From Gammaproteobacteria bacterium (GTDB lineage: Bacteria > Pseudomonadota > Gammaproteobacteria > Tethybacterales > G965206325), in assembly GCA_965206325.1 (NCBI GenBank), contig OZ242208.1:186603-250602 (forward strand): a DNA stretch of 64,000 nucleotides, read 5' to 3'. A model generated the notes under the pieces. That model was not told the origin of the DNA. It did no database searches and saw only the letters and a program-made list of their open reading frames with translations. Of the stretch, positions 50,259-61,700 are shown piece by piece. The translations under genes were made by a program, and so were the position numbers. The first letter of the stretch is position 1; every line of letters begins with the position of its first letter.

Positions 50259-51515
50259 ATGAAACTGAAAATCCACGATTACATCGTCAACCAAAATCAA
50301 TACAAGGTTGACAAAAATTATCAGCGCCCCCCGGGCGCATGGTCGCGCGCGGATCAGCGGTGCCTCATTGACACGATTTTGCGCGATGAACCCGTCCCGC
50401 TTTTTTTCTTAAACCGCAAGGAGGAGGGAGAAACGGAAATCGACTATATTGTCGACGGTCAACAGCGACTCAATTGCATCGCTGATTTCCATGCCAACAA
50501 ATTCAGATTGAGCGGGAATTTTTCCGGCGACGAGAATCACGGCAAAACCTTCAATGGTGAGAATCCATTGAGCAAGAAACAGAAGGCGCAATTCCTGGAC
50601 TATGAACTGCACTGCCACATCGTCGAAAACTACGACGATGAGCGGGTCCGTATGCTTTTCTCGCGCCTGCAGAGAGGCACACCGCTCCGGCTGGGCGAAA
50701 AATTAAACGCCAAGCCCGGCACTATCGTCAATTGCATGCGCGAATTGGCAAAGTCGCCTTTTCTTAAAAATTCCATCGGCGTTTCTAAAGAGCGCTACGG
50801 AATTTACGCCGATGCCGCACGCATCCTATATTACCACAAGCATGATGCCAAAGAAAGCGGAACGGATCAATTGTTCGACTTCTTCGAACAAAACCGTCAC
50901 ATGAGCGAGTCCAGCAAGGAATTTCAAGATGCCAAGCATGTGCTAAATTTCTTGGCGGAATGCTTTCCGCCCAACCCGGGCAATTACCAATTCTTAAACA
51001 AGCATGCTTGGGTTATCGCCGTCTATATGATGGTGCGCGAGCTTATGCTTGGCTATTCGCTTCAGAACAAAGGTGACCAAATCATGGAATTCATTAAAAA
51101 ATTCCATGGGAAAGTCCACGATGACAAATTGCGAGGGTCTTCGACTCCACTCCGACAATTCTTCGAAAACATCCGTGGTGGTTGGTCGGAAAAGCTCCTC
51201 AAATTAAGGAGAGACACCTTGATAGAAATGTTTCTGAAAAAATTTCCGCCTGTCCCACTTTCTAGTAGGAGGCAGATTAGTGAAGCAGAAAAAGCCGCCG
51301 TCTATGCGCGCGCTGATTGCAAGTGCGAGCGTTGCAAAATCCCGCTGAAAGATCATAAGGCGGGACAGTATCATCACATCAAACCCTATATTGACGGTGG
51401 TTCAACTGACATAGAGAATATCAGGCTTCTTTGCCAAGAGTGCCATAAAATCATTCATGGCAAGCAGACTCATGAAATTCCGGACGGGCGCGAATTTGAA
51501 GAGTCGCAAACTTAA
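50259..51515 (+). CDS. DUF262 plus C-terminal HNH endonuclease
   Basis: GGAGG RBS; YQRPPGAWS, VDGQQR, FSRLQRG; CERC...HHIKPYIDGGSTDIENIRLLCQECH. Confidence 0.88.
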   Translation: MKLKIHDYIVNQNQYKVDKNYQRPPGAWSRADQRCLIDTILRDEPVPLFFLNRKEEGETEIDYIVDGQQRLNCIADFHANKFRLSGNFSGDENHGKTFNGENPLSKKQKAQFLDYELHCHIVENYDDERVRMLFSRLQRGTPLRLGEKLNAKPGTIVNCMRELAKSPFLKNSIGVSKERYGIYADAARILYYHKHDAKESGTDQLFDFFEQNRHMSESSKEFQDAKHVLNFLAECFPPNPGNYQFLNKHAWVIAVYMMVRELMLGYSLQNKGDQIMEFIKKFHGKVHDDKLRGSSTPLRQFFENIRGGWSEKLLKLRRDTLIEMFLKKFPPVPLSSRRQISEAEKAAVYARADCKCERCKIPLKDHKAGQYHHIKPYIDGGSTDIENIRLLCQECHKIIHGKQTHEIPDGREFEESQT

Positions 51516-51528
51516 AAGCGACTCTTTT
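51499..51528 (+). terminator. Rho-independent terminator at the end of the DUF262-HNH gene
   Basis: AAGAGTCGC, 10-nt loop, GCGACTCTT followed by TT. Confidence 0.6.
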
Positions 51529-51605
51529 ATCTGCGCCTTATTTCCCGACATTGAGTCGGATGGCTGCGCTTTGCGAATCCGCATCGCGTTTTAATCGCGC
51601 GCGAA

Positions 51606-53258
51606 TTGGATGAAGTCCCCGCCGTTTTGCACGAAGCGGAATCCGAATGCATCAGCGGCAAGCACGCCGTCGGCTTTATTTCCTACGAAGCCGCGCCCGC
51701 CTTTGACGACGCCCTTGCCGCTTTCGCATCCCCCCCCCCCCCCCTGCCGATGGCGTGGTTCGGCATTTTCGATTCGCCGACAAAATACCCCCCTCCCCTT
51801 GCGAAAGAATATATCGCCGGAAAATTCCGTCCGCAAATTACAAAGGAAGAATACCGCCGCGCCTTTGATAAAATTATGTCGCTGCTTAAAGCGGGCGACG
51901 CTTATCAAGTTAATTTCGCTTTTCCGATGGAGGCGAAATTCATCGGCGATTCCGAATCCTTTTTTATGGATTTAATTTCCGCCCAGCCGACCGAATGGGG
52001 GGGGTATATTGCGTCGGAGGAATGGGCGATTTGCTCGGCGTCGCCCGAATGCTTTTTTGTCCGGGAAAATGATTCGCTGATGTCGCGCCCGATGAAAGGC
52101 ACGCGCCCGAATTTGCCCGGCGCCGCCGACGAATTAAAATCCGCCGCCAAAGACCGCGCCGAAAATTTAATGATTGTGGATATGATTAGAAACGACATGT
52201 CCAAAATTTCCGGCGCCCGCAATGTGCGCGCCGAAAAATTATTGGAGATTGAATCGCATCCGACGGTTGTGCAGATGACCTCCGCCGTCGCCTGCGAAAC
52301 GCGCGCGCCGCTTGAAGAAATTATGTCGGCGCTTTTTCCGTGCGCTTCGGTCACCGGCGCGCCGAAGGTGTCGGCGATGCGGGCGATTCGCTCTTTGGAA
52401 AATCGTCCGCGCGGGGTTTATTGCGGCGCCATCGGCAGAATCTTTCCCGGCGGACGCGCGCAATTTAATGTTGCGATTCGCACTGCAATCATAAACAAGA
52501 AATCCGGAATCGCGCGCTACTTTGCGGGGGGGGGGGTCGTCGCCGATTCCGTTTGCGAAGATGAATTCGCCGAATGCATCGCCAAATCGCAGATATTAAA
52601 AAATACCGGCGATGCGTCCTTGATTGAAACAATGCGCGCAAACGGCAAAGGCGAGATTCCTCTTCTCATCCGCCATCTTGGGCGAATGAAAGAATCCGCG
52701 CACGACCTTGGCTTTGATTTTGACGAGAAGGATTTTCATTCCGCCGTCGCGCGGGCGATTAATAATTTTCCCCCAATAAAAAACGAAGGCGCGAAGATTC
52801 GCTTATTGCTTTCCATAGACGGAAAAATTGACGCCGAATGCTCCCCCCCCCCCTCCTTGCTGAAGAAAGGAGAATCGGTGCGCGCGATTCTGTCGGCGGA
52901 ATTAATGTGGAGCGGCAATCCGCTTTTGCGATACAAAACAACGCGGCGCGAAATTTATAATCGCGCGATGATCCGCGCAAAAGAATTAGGATTTGACGAC
53001 GCAATTCTAATTAATGAACGCGGCGAAATAACCGAAACATGCATCGCCAACATCGCCTTGTCGGAGGGGGGAGGGGGATTAATCACGCCGCCTTTGCAAT
53101 GCGGACTTTTGCCCGGCGTAATGCGCGCGGAAATGATTGCGCGCGGCGAATTGCGCGAGGGAATCATTCGCGGAAAAACCCTGCTCGCCGATGATGCGAA
53201 AGTTTATCGCCTTAATGCCCTGCGCGGAATTGAGCCGCTTGCCGTCGTCGCGGAATAA
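51606..53258 (+). CDS. pabB: Aminodeoxychorismate synthase component I fused to an aminotransferase class IV (PabC-like) domain
   Basis: GDAYQVNF, SPE.F, RPMKGT, KDRAENLMIVD.IRND, SVTGAPK, then H..R, YKTTRR, N.RGEITE....N, GLLPGVMR. Confidence 0.9.
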   Translation: MDEVPAVLHEAESECISGKHAVGFISYEAAPAFDDALAAFASPPPPLPMAWFGIFDSPTKYPPPLAKEYIAGKFRPQITKEEYRRAFDKIMSLLKAGDAYQVNFAFPMEAKFIGDSESFFMDLISAQPTEWGGYIASEEWAICSASPECFFVRENDSLMSRPMKGTRPNLPGAADELKSAAKDRAENLMIVDMIRNDMSKISGARNVRAEKLLEIESHPTVVQMTSAVACETRAPLEEIMSALFPCASVTGAPKVSAMRAIRSLENRPRGVYCGAIGRIFPGGRAQFNVAIRTAIINKKSGIARYFAGGGVVADSVCEDEFAECIAKSQILKNTGDASLIETMRANGKGEIPLLIRHLGRMKESAHDLGFDFDEKDFHSAVARAINNFPPIKNEGAKIRLLLSIDGKIDAECSPPPSLLKKGESVRAILSAELMWSGNPLLRYKTTRREIYNRAMIRAKELGFDDAILINERGEITETCIANIALSEGGGGLITPPLQCGLLPGVMRAEMIARGELREGIIRGKTLLADDAKVYRLNALRGIEPLAVVAE

Positions 53259-53303
53259 TTTTTTTTCCGCGAGTCGGCTTCGAAAAAAACCACCCCGGGC
53301 TTT

Positions 53304-56300
53304 TTAATCGCCCGCGGCTTTTTGACGCTCTTCCTGCTGGCGGGATTCGTTTTGCGCCATCATTTCCTCGCGGACAATTTCGGCCAAAGGATCGCGTTCC
53401 TTGCGGCGCAAGTAATGCACAAAGCCCGTTCCCGCCGGAATTAATCGGCCGACAATCACATTTTCCTTCAAGCCGCGCAAGCTGTCGCTGCGGCCGGCGA
53501 CCGCCGATTCAGTTATCACCCGCGTCGTCTCTTGAAACGACGCCGCCGAAATAAAGGAATCCGTCGACAGCGACGCCTTCGTAATTCCCAGCAGCAGCGG
53601 CTTGAATTGCGCCTTGCGCTTGCCTTCTTCCGCCAACTCTTCGTTGATGCGAAGTATTTCCGAATGCTCCGACTGCTCCCCGGCGATGAAATTAGAATCG
53701 CCCGCATTGGTAATTTCCACGCGCCGCATCATTTGGCGGACAATCACTTCAATGTGCTTGTCGTTAATTGTCACCCCGCCAAGGCGATAAACACCCTGCA
53801 CCGCATCGACGATATGCTCCGTCAATTTCTTGCGTCCGAGCAAATCCAAAACATCGCGGGGGTCGTCTTCGCCTTCCACGATTTTGTCGCCTTTTTCCAC
53901 CCAGCCCCCCTCTTGGACGCGAATGTTGGATTCCGAACGAACCAGCCGCTCTTCTTTTTCGCCGTCGTCGCCGACAATTAGAATTTGCTGTTTGCCGCGA
54001 ACTTTCTGTCCGAATTTAATCTCTCCGTCGATGGGAGCGCGCACCGCCGGATCCTTCGGCGGACGCGCCTCAAATAATTCAGAGACGCGGGGCAGGCCGC
54101 CGGTAATGTCGCGGTGGCGGACTTCAATCGGCGTGCGGGAAATCAGGTCGCCGACGCGCACCGATTCAGCGACATCCACGCTGACTTTGTCGGCTTTTTT
54201 CTGCTGCTTGTCGCGGAAAGCCAGCGGGCCTTTTTCCCTCAAATCGCGCACGCCGATGAGCAATTCCATCCCCGGCAGCAAATTGTAGACGCGGGGCTGG
54301 CCGACTTCGCCGATAATTTTAATCTGCGGCACCAGCGGCGGCATCAGCGGATGCTTGACGCCGACATCATCGCCTTTTTTAACGCGGCCGCCGTCCTTGA
54401 TATACAGCACATCGCCGGGCGCGCCGTCGCGCCGGCTGGGCGATAAATTGTAGGGCTTCATCACCGTCAATTGACCGATGATTTCCTCTTTCTTCATTTT
54501 CTGTCCGGCGCGCGCCGACAAAACCACCGATGCACCCCGCCGGAATTTGACTTCGCGAATATGCTCGCGCTCGCCGACGGCTTGGCCTTTTTTAACTTTT
54601 TCGCCGTCGCGCACCAGAAGGGCGACTTTTTCCCCCCGCTCGAATCGGCGAATCGCCATGCTTCTGGCGCGCTCGCCGATTTCGTCGCCTTTCTCAACCG
54701 TTTCGCCGTCGCGGACGATAAGCAGCATTCCGGGCGATAATTTTCGTCCGGGCAATTTGCTGTCGGGATTTCGCTTGCGTCCGCCGCGGCTCGCCAATGC
54801 CGTAAATGTAATGCGCGGCGGATTTTTTCGTCCGGCGCCTTCGGTAATTCGCAGAATGCCGTCTTCGTCGCGCTCGGCGTTTTGGTGCGGACCAGCGAGA
54901 TTCAAATTTTCAAAGCCGACGGTTCCGCCCGCGCTCGCGCGAATCGTTTCCGCCTTGCTCCACAAAAGCATCTGCGGCGGATTTTTTTTCTGGGCGGCTT
55001 CAATGATGAGTTTGCCGCCTTTTTCCCAAGCGTTGCGCTTGTCGCCCTCCCATTCAAGATTCTTGATGGTCACCACGCCGTCGGATTGGACGACAATTGA
55101 TTCGGTCGCCGAAATTAAAATGCGCGGCGGCGATTCTTCCTTATCGCCTTTTTTCCCGCGACTGGGACGAGCCGGAATAACAACCGCGCCGTCCTTGCCG
55201 GGCTTGGGCGTGTTCTTCAAAATTAAAACCCCCGCGCCGACGGCTTTGAGCGGATCGCTTTTTTCCGGCACTAAAACGCGCGGCAATTTTTCCGCTTTGC
55301 CGGATTCCGCCTGCTTCGCCGATTTAATCACGCGCCAGCGGTCGCCGCTTTCCTGACGCACATTGCAGTCCGGGCTTTTGGAGTCGGCGACGATATTTTC
55401 CCAAACGACTGCGCCGTTGCATTCGACGGAAATCGGCACAACTTCATGCTGGCGGCGTGAATCGGTGACGACGATAGTTTCCCGATTCGTTATTTCGTCC
55501 AATTCTTCGCGGGCGTTGACGCCGACGACCAAATCCTCTAAAAACGCCTCGCCGTTGATTTCGGAAATTATCGGGCGGACGGTCGGTCGGGTAATCAGCA
55601 GATTCCCCGCCTTAACTTTGTCGCCGCTTTTGATATGCAATTCCGCCCCGTATTCCACGCGATAATTTTCCTGCTCGTTGCCGCTTTCGTTGCATACCGA
55701 TAATTCGCCGCCACCCCGCTGCAGAGCGAGATGGCGGCCGTGGCGGTCGGTTTCGTAACTGACGCCTTTGAATTTAACTTCGCCGACCGTTTTGGCGTGA
55801 ACTTCGGCGGCTTCCACCGTCGCCGCGCCGCCGACATGAAAAGTCCGCAGAGTCAATTGAGTGCCGGGCTCCCCGATGGATTGCGCCGCAACAACGCCGA
55901 TGGCTTCGCCCAATATCACCATAGAGCCGCGCCCTAAATCGCGTCCGTAGCATTTCGCGCACAAGCCGGAGCGGGATTCGCAGGTCGCCGCGCTTCGCAC
56001 TTTTACTTCGTAGATGCCGGCGCGGTCAATTTCCTCAATTTCTTTTTCCGTCAAATAAGTGCCCGCCGGATAAAGCACTTCTTCGCTTTGCGGCAATTTG
56101 ATGTCGGATGCGGCGATTCGCCCCAGCACGCGGCCGCGCAGAGGAACCTGCACTTGTCCGCCGCTTCGCACTTCACCCAGAACGAGTCCTTCCGTCGTGC
56201 CGCAGTCGTCTTCGGTAATCATTAAATCCTGAGTGACATCCACCAGACGGCGAGTCAGGTAGCCCGAACTCGGCGTGCGCAGGGCGGTGTCGCTTAATCC

Positions 56301-58694
56301 TTTCCGTCCGCCGTGGGTGGACAGAAAATAATCCAGCGTCGTCAGCCCTTCGCGAAAATTCGCCTGAATGGGATTTTCAATAATTCGCCCGGTGGAATCC
56401 GCCAGCAATCCGCGCATTCCCGACAATTGCTTCATTTGCGCCGGAGAGCCGCGCGCGCCCGAATCCATCATCATATAAATGGAATTGAACGACGGCTGCA
56501 TTTGCTTTTTATTGCCGATGGTTACTTCCTCCTGCGACAGGCGATTCATCAATGCTTCGCCGACGGCGTCGCCGGCTTTGCCCCACAGGTCAATTTTGTT
56601 GTTGCGCAATTCGTCGGGAGTCAGCAGCCCGTTGTCATACTGCTCCATTGTTTTGCGGACTTCGGCTTCGGTTTTGGCGACGATTTCCGTCTTCTCCGCC
56701 GGAATGATCATATCGTCCATGCAGATGGAAATGCCGGCGGTCGTGGCATTTTCAAATCCGCAGCGCATTAATTTATCCACAAAAATCACCGTTTCGCGCA
56801 GGCCGCAGACGCGAAAACTTTCGTCCACCAATCGCCGCAGGTCGGATTTTTTCAAGTTGCGATTCACCGAATCAAACGACAGTCCCGTCGGCAGAAAGCG
56901 CGACAGCAATGCGCGTCCGGCGGTAGTTTCCACAAGGCGGACGCGGGCGACCGGCGCCGCTTCCGGGTCGTCCTCATCGCGGACGAATTCCGTGATGCGC
57001 GCTTTGACTCGCGCATGCAAACTGACCGCCTTAGCCGCTCTCGCCCGCTCCACTTCGGCGATGTCGGCGAAAACCATTCCTTCGCCGATTGAGCCCGCCG
57101 CTTCGCGAGTCATGTGATACAAGCCCAGCACGACATCCTGCGTCGGCACAATAATCGGCTCGCCGTTGGCGGGCGACAAAATATTGTTGGACGAAAGCAT
57201 CAGCACTCTCGCTTCCGACTGCGCCTCCAAAGAAAGCGGCACATGCACCGCCATCTGGTCGCCGTCAAAGTCGGCGTTAAACGCCACGCAAACGAGCGGA
57301 TGCAATTGAATCGCCTTGCCTTCAATCAGCACCGGCTCAAACGCCTGAATGCCCAAGCGATGCAAAGTCGGCGCGCGATTTAATAGCACCGGATGCTGGC
57401 GAATGACCTCCGCCAAAGCGTCCCAAACTTCCGGCGATTCGGATTCCACCATGCGCTTCGCCGCTTTGATATTCGCCGCCAATCCCAAGCGGCTCAGCCG
57501 ATTGAATACAAAGGGCTTGAATAATTCCAAAGCCATTCGCTTCGGCAGTCCGCATTGATGCAGTTTCAATTGCGGGCCGACGACAATCACCGACCGCCCG
57601 GAAAAATCCACCCGCTTGCCGAGCAGATTCTGCCGAAAGCGTCCGCTTTTTCCTTTCACTGCATCCGCCAGCGATTTTAATTGCCGCTTGTTCGCTCCCG
57701 TCGCCGCTTTGCCTCGGCGGCCGTTGTCAAGAAGCGAATCCACCGATTCCTGCAGCATTCGCTTTTCGTTGTTAATGATGATTTCCGGCGCCGTTAATTC
57801 CATCAGCCGCTTCAGCCGATTGTTGCGGTTGATGACACGGCGATACAAATCATTCAAATCCGAAGTGGTGAATCGTCCGCCGTCCAATTGCACAAGAGGG
57901 CGAAGGTCGGGCGGCAGAACCGGCAAGGCCTCCAGAATCATCCATTCCGGACGAGCGCCGGCGCGTTTAAATCCGCCGATTAATTTCAGGCGGCGGAATA
58001 ATTTTTTGCGCTTTCCGGTGGATGACGCCTCGCGGAATTCTTCCCGCAGCGATTCGGTTTCCGATTCCAAATCCATTCCCTTGAGCAATTCGCGCAGTCC
58101 TTCCGCGCCGATGCCGGCGGAAAATTCGTCGCCGTGCTCTTCGCGCATTTTTTCGTATTCATCCGGCGTGAGCAATTGCGCCTTGTCCAATTCAGTCATG
58201 CCGGGATCGGTGACGATATACGCCTCAAAGTAAAGGACGCGCTCCACATCGCGCAGCGCCAAATCCAAAGCGAGTCCGATGCGCGAGGGCAGCGACTTCA
58301 CAAACCAAATGTGAGCCACCGGACACGCCAATTCAATATGCCCCATTCTTTCCCGCCGCACTTTGGCGACGGTCACTTCCACCCCGCATTTTTCGCAGGT
58401 GACGCCGCGCGATTTAAGGCGCTTGTATTTGCCGCAGATGCATTCGTAGTCGCGCATCGGGCCGAAAATTTTAGCGCAGAAGAGTCCGTCACGCTCCGGC
58501 TTGAAGGTACGGTAATTAATCGTCTCCGGCTTTTTCACTTCGCCGAACGACCACACATTGCGGATTTTTTCCGGCGAAGCCAGACCCAGCCGAATGGAGC
58601 CGAAGCGCGTGCCGTTGTCCACCCCCAGCGAGGCCATCGCCTGAGCGATAATGCCTTCGTGCGGCGGCTCGAAATTTTTTGCTTCCATCGTCAT
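53304..58694 (-). CDS. rpoC: RNA polymerase beta' subunit with an expanded SI3 insertion (1796 aa)
   Basis: [36 protein letters not shown]. Confidence 0.99.
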   Translation of the reverse strand: MTMEAKNFEPPHEGIIAQAMASLGVDNGTRFGSIRLGLASPEKIRNVWSFGEVKKPETINYRTFKPERDGLFCAKIFGPMRDYECICGKYKRLKSRGVTCEKCGVEVTVAKVRRERMGHIELACPVAHIWFVKSLPSRIGLALDLALRDVERVLYFEAYIVTDPGMTELDKAQLLTPDEYEKMREEHGDEFSAGIGAEGLRELLKGMDLESETESLREEFREASSTGKRKKLFRRLKLIGGFKRAGARPEWMILEALPVLPPDLRPLVQLDGGRFTTSDLNDLYRRVINRNNRLKRLMELTAPEIIINNEKRMLQESVDSLLDNGRRGKAATGANKRQLKSLADAVKGKSGRFRQNLLGKRVDFSGRSVIVVGPQLKLHQCGLPKRMALELFKPFVFNRLSRLGLAANIKAAKRMVESESPEVWDALAEVIRQHPVLLNRAPTLHRLGIQAFEPVLIEGKAIQLHPLVCVAFNADFDGDQMAVHVPLSLEAQSEARVLMLSSNNILSPANGEPIIVPTQDVVLGLYHMTREAAGSIGEGMVFADIAEVERARAAKAVSLHARVKARITEFVRDEDDPEAAPVARVRLVETTAGRALLSRFLPTGLSFDSVNRNLKKSDLRRLVDESFRVCGLRETVIFVDKLMRCGFENATTAGISICMDDMIIPAEKTEIVAKTEAEVRKTMEQYDNGLLTPDELRNNKIDLWGKAGDAVGEALMNRLSQEEVTIGNKKQMQPSFNSIYMMMDSGARGSPAQMKQLSGMRGLLADSTGRIIENPIQANFREGLTTLDYFLSTHGGRKGLSDTALRTPSSGYLTRRLVDVTQDLMITEDDCGTTEGLVLGEVRSGGQVQVPLRGRVLGRIAASDIKLPQSEEVLYPAGTYLTEKEIEEIDRAGIYEVKVRSAATCESRSGLCAKCYGRDLGRGSMVILGEAIGVVAAQSIGEPGTQLTLRTFHVGGAATVEAAEVHAKTVGEVKFKGVSYETDRHGRHLALQRGGGELSVCNESGNEQENYRVEYGAELHIKSGDKVKAGNLLITRPTVRPIISEINGEAFLEDLVVGVNAREELDEITNRETIVVTDSRRQHEVVPISVECNGAVVWENIVADSKSPDCNVRQESGDRWRVIKSAKQAESGKAEKLPRVLVPEKSDPLKAVGAGVLILKNTPKPGKDGAVVIPARPSRGKKGDKEESPPRILISATESIVVQSDGVVTIKNLEWEGDKRNAWEKGGKLIIEAAQKKNPPQMLLWSKAETIRASAGGTVGFENLNLAGPHQNAERDEDGILRITEGAGRKNPPRITFTALASRGGRKRNPDSKLPGRKLSPGMLLIVRDGETVEKGDEIGERARSMAIRRFERGEKVALLVRDGEKVKKGQAVGEREHIREVKFRRGASVVLSARAGQKMKKEEIIGQLTVMKPYNLSPSRRDGAPGDVLYIKDGGRVKKGDDVGVKHPLMPPLVPQIKIIGEVGQPRVYNLLPGMELLIGVRDLREKGPLAFRDKQQKKADKVSVDVAESVRVGDLISRTPIEVRHRDITGGLPRVSELFEARPPKDPAVRAPIDGEIKFGQKVRGKQQILIVGDDGEKEERLVRSESNIRVQEGGWVEKGDKIVEGEDDPRDVLDLLGRKKLTEHIVDAVQGVYRLGGVTINDKHIEVIVRQMMRRVEITNAGDSNFIAGEQSEHSEILRINEELAEEGKRKAQFKPLLLGITKASLSTDSFISAASFQETTRVITESAVAGRSDSLRGLKENVIVGRLIPAGTGFVHYLRRKERDPLAEIVREEMMAQNESRQQEERQKAAGD

Positions 58695-58703
58695 CGTCTC
58701 CGT

Positions 58704-61700
58704 TTATTCAAAATCCATATCAATGCCGAGCGCGCGAATTTCGTGCACCAGCACATTAAACGATTCGGGCACCTCCGATTCCAAGCGAAAATCGCCGCTG
58801 ACAATGTTGTCGTACATTTTCGCCCGGCCGGCGATGTCGTCCGATTTTGCCGTCAGCATTTCGCACAGCGTGTAGGCGGCGCCGTAGGCCTCCAACGCCC
58901 AAACTTCCATTTCGCCGAATCGCTGTCCGCCCTGCTGGGCTTTTCCGCCCAGCGGCTGCTGCGTCACCAAAGAATACGGTCCCGTGGAGCGGGCGTGCAT
59001 TTTATCGTCCACCAGATGATGCAATTTCAGTATATAGGCGTAGCCGACAGTAACCGGACGATCAAACGCCTCGCCGGTGCGGCCGTCGTAAATTGCCATC
59101 TGCCCGGAAGACGAATGCCCGACTTCGCTCAGCAGATTCTTAATTTCAGATTCCGTCGCCCCGTCAAAAATGGGCGAGGCAAACGGCACGCCGCCGCTTA
59201 AATGGCGCGCCATTTCCAGCAATTCGGCGTCGCTAAATTGCGATAAATCCGCCCGCACAATGCCGTCCGGATTGTAGACGGATTCCAAATAGCGGCGAAT
59301 TTCATCCACCTGCTTGGCGCTTTCCTTCGCCAGCAATTTGCCGATTCCGTCGCCGAAAGTTTTGGCGACCAATCCCAAATGCGTCTCCAAAATCTGCCCG
59401 ACATTCATTCGGCTCGGCACGCCCAGCGGATTCAAAACGATGTCCACCGATGTGCCGTCGGCGAGATAAGGCATATCCTCCACCGGAACAATCTTGGAAA
59501 CAACGCCCTTGTTGCCGTGGCGTCCGGCCATTTTGTCGCCGACCTGCAGATTTCGCTTGATGGCGACATACACTTTCACCATCTTCAAAACGCCCTGCTC
59601 TAATTCGTCGCCTTTGGTGAATTTGATGCGCTCGTCGGCTCGGCGTTTTTCTTGCGCATCTTTTTCTCCGGCGAGTTTTTTGCCGAGCCGCTCAATCTGA
59701 TCGTTGATTTTTTCATCGGCGACGCGCAATTCAAACCATTGCTCCCGCGTTAATGCGGCGAGGGCGGTTTTGGTAATCTTGACTCCGTCCTTGATGGAAT
59801 TACCCACCGTCCTTTTCGCCAGCCGTCCGGTGACGAATCCGCGAATTCGCTCAATCGCCCCGTCTTGTTGGATTCGCAGCGTATCGCGCAAATCTTTGGC
59901 GTGCTTTTCCAATTCGCGGGCGATAATGTCTTCAGCCCGGGCGTCGCGATCAACGCCGGGGGCGGTGAAAACTTTAACATCCATCACCGTGCCGGACGCT
60001 CCGGGCGGCAGCCGCAGCGAAGTGTCTTTAACATCGGACGCCTTGTCGCCAAAAATCGCCCGCAGCAATTTTTCTTCCGGCGTCTGCGGACGCTCGCTTT
60101 TGGGCGTAACCTTGCCGACCAGAATATCGTCCGGATGGACTTCGGTGCCGATGTGGACAATTCCCGAATCATCCAAATTCGCCGTCGTCTGCTCCGACTG
60201 ATTCGGAATGTCGCGGGTGATTTCTTCCGGGCCGATTTTTGTTTCGCGCGCGCGAATGATATGCTCCTCAATGTGAATGGAGGAAAATCGCTCTTCGGCG
60301 ACGACCCGCTCCGAAATCAAAATGGAATCCTCATAATTGAATCCATTCCACGGCAGAAAAGCCACCAGCAGATTCTGTCCCAATGCAATTTCGCCCAAAT
60401 CGGTGGCGGCGCCGTCGGCGATAACATCGCCCGCCGCTACAATATGCCCTTCCTGCACAATCGGCTGCTGATGCACAATCGTGTTTTGATTAGAACGGGT
60501 GAATTTGGTCGGACGATAAATATCCACGCCGACATCGTCCGGGTCGTCGGAGTCAACTTCCTCCTCGCGGACGCGAATAACGATGCGGGCGGCGTCAACA
60601 TAATCCACCGTGCCGCCTCGCCGCGCCGACAAAACCGCGCGCGAATCCTCCGCCACTTTTCGCTCAACGCCGGTGCCGACCAGCGGACAATCGGGCTTTA
60701 AGCACGGCACCGCCTGCCGCTGCATATTAGAGCCCATCAATGCGCGATTGGAATCGTCATGCTCCAAAAACGGAATCATCGCCGCCGCCACCGACGCAAT
60801 TTGCGCCGGGGCGACATCCATATAATCCACTTCGCCGGGCGGCGATAAAATAAATTCGCCGTCCTTTCGGCACGAAATTACCGCATCGGTGAAATTGCCG
60901 TCCTCGTCCACTCGGCTGTTGGCTTGGGCGACGACGAATCCCGCCTCTTCAATCGCCGACAAATACACAATGTCATCCATGGCGCGGCCATCCTTGACGA
61001 CGCGATACGCCGTCTCCAAAAAGCCGTAGCGATTCACCCGCGAATAAAGCGCCATGGAATTAATCAGTCCGATATTGGGGCCTTCCGGCGTTTCAATCGG
61101 ACACACCCGACCGTAATGAGTCGGATGAACATCGCGCACTTCAAAGCCGGCGCGCTCCCGCATTAAGCCGCCCGGACCAAGCGCGGAAATTCGCCGCTTG
61201 TGCGTAACCTCCGAAAGCGGATTCGTCTGATCCATAAATTGCGACAACTGGCTGCCGATGAAAAATTCCATCACCGCCGCTTTAATTGTCTTTGCGCTGA
61301 TTAATTCATGCGGAGTCAAATTCTCCGTTTCCGCCTGCGACAGGCGGTCGCGAATAGCGCGCTCCACCCGCAGCAGTCCAGCTTGAAAATGATTCTGCAC
61401 AAATTCGCCGACCGACCGCACCCGCCGATTGCCCAAACTGTCAATATCGTCGGCGCGGCCTTTGCCGTTGCGAAGGTGCACCATCACTTTGACGACCTGC
61501 AGAATGTCCTCGCGCGAAAGCGTCCGCTGCTCTTCCACGGCGACTTCAATGCCGTCCTTGTAAAAAGTGCCGTCGCGCGAAATTTCCGCCAGCAACTTCG
61601 CCTTGGAAGAATCGCCCCCGGCGACTCGGCAGGCGAGGGCGACGGCGTCTTCCCGATTCGCCATATTCTCCTGCACCGGACGAACAATTTTCTGCGATTT

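Noticed and set aside
61140-61270. Rifampicin-resistance substitutions in RpoB cluster I
   Set aside because: Key Gln, Asp, His and Ser positions read as in sensitive enzymes
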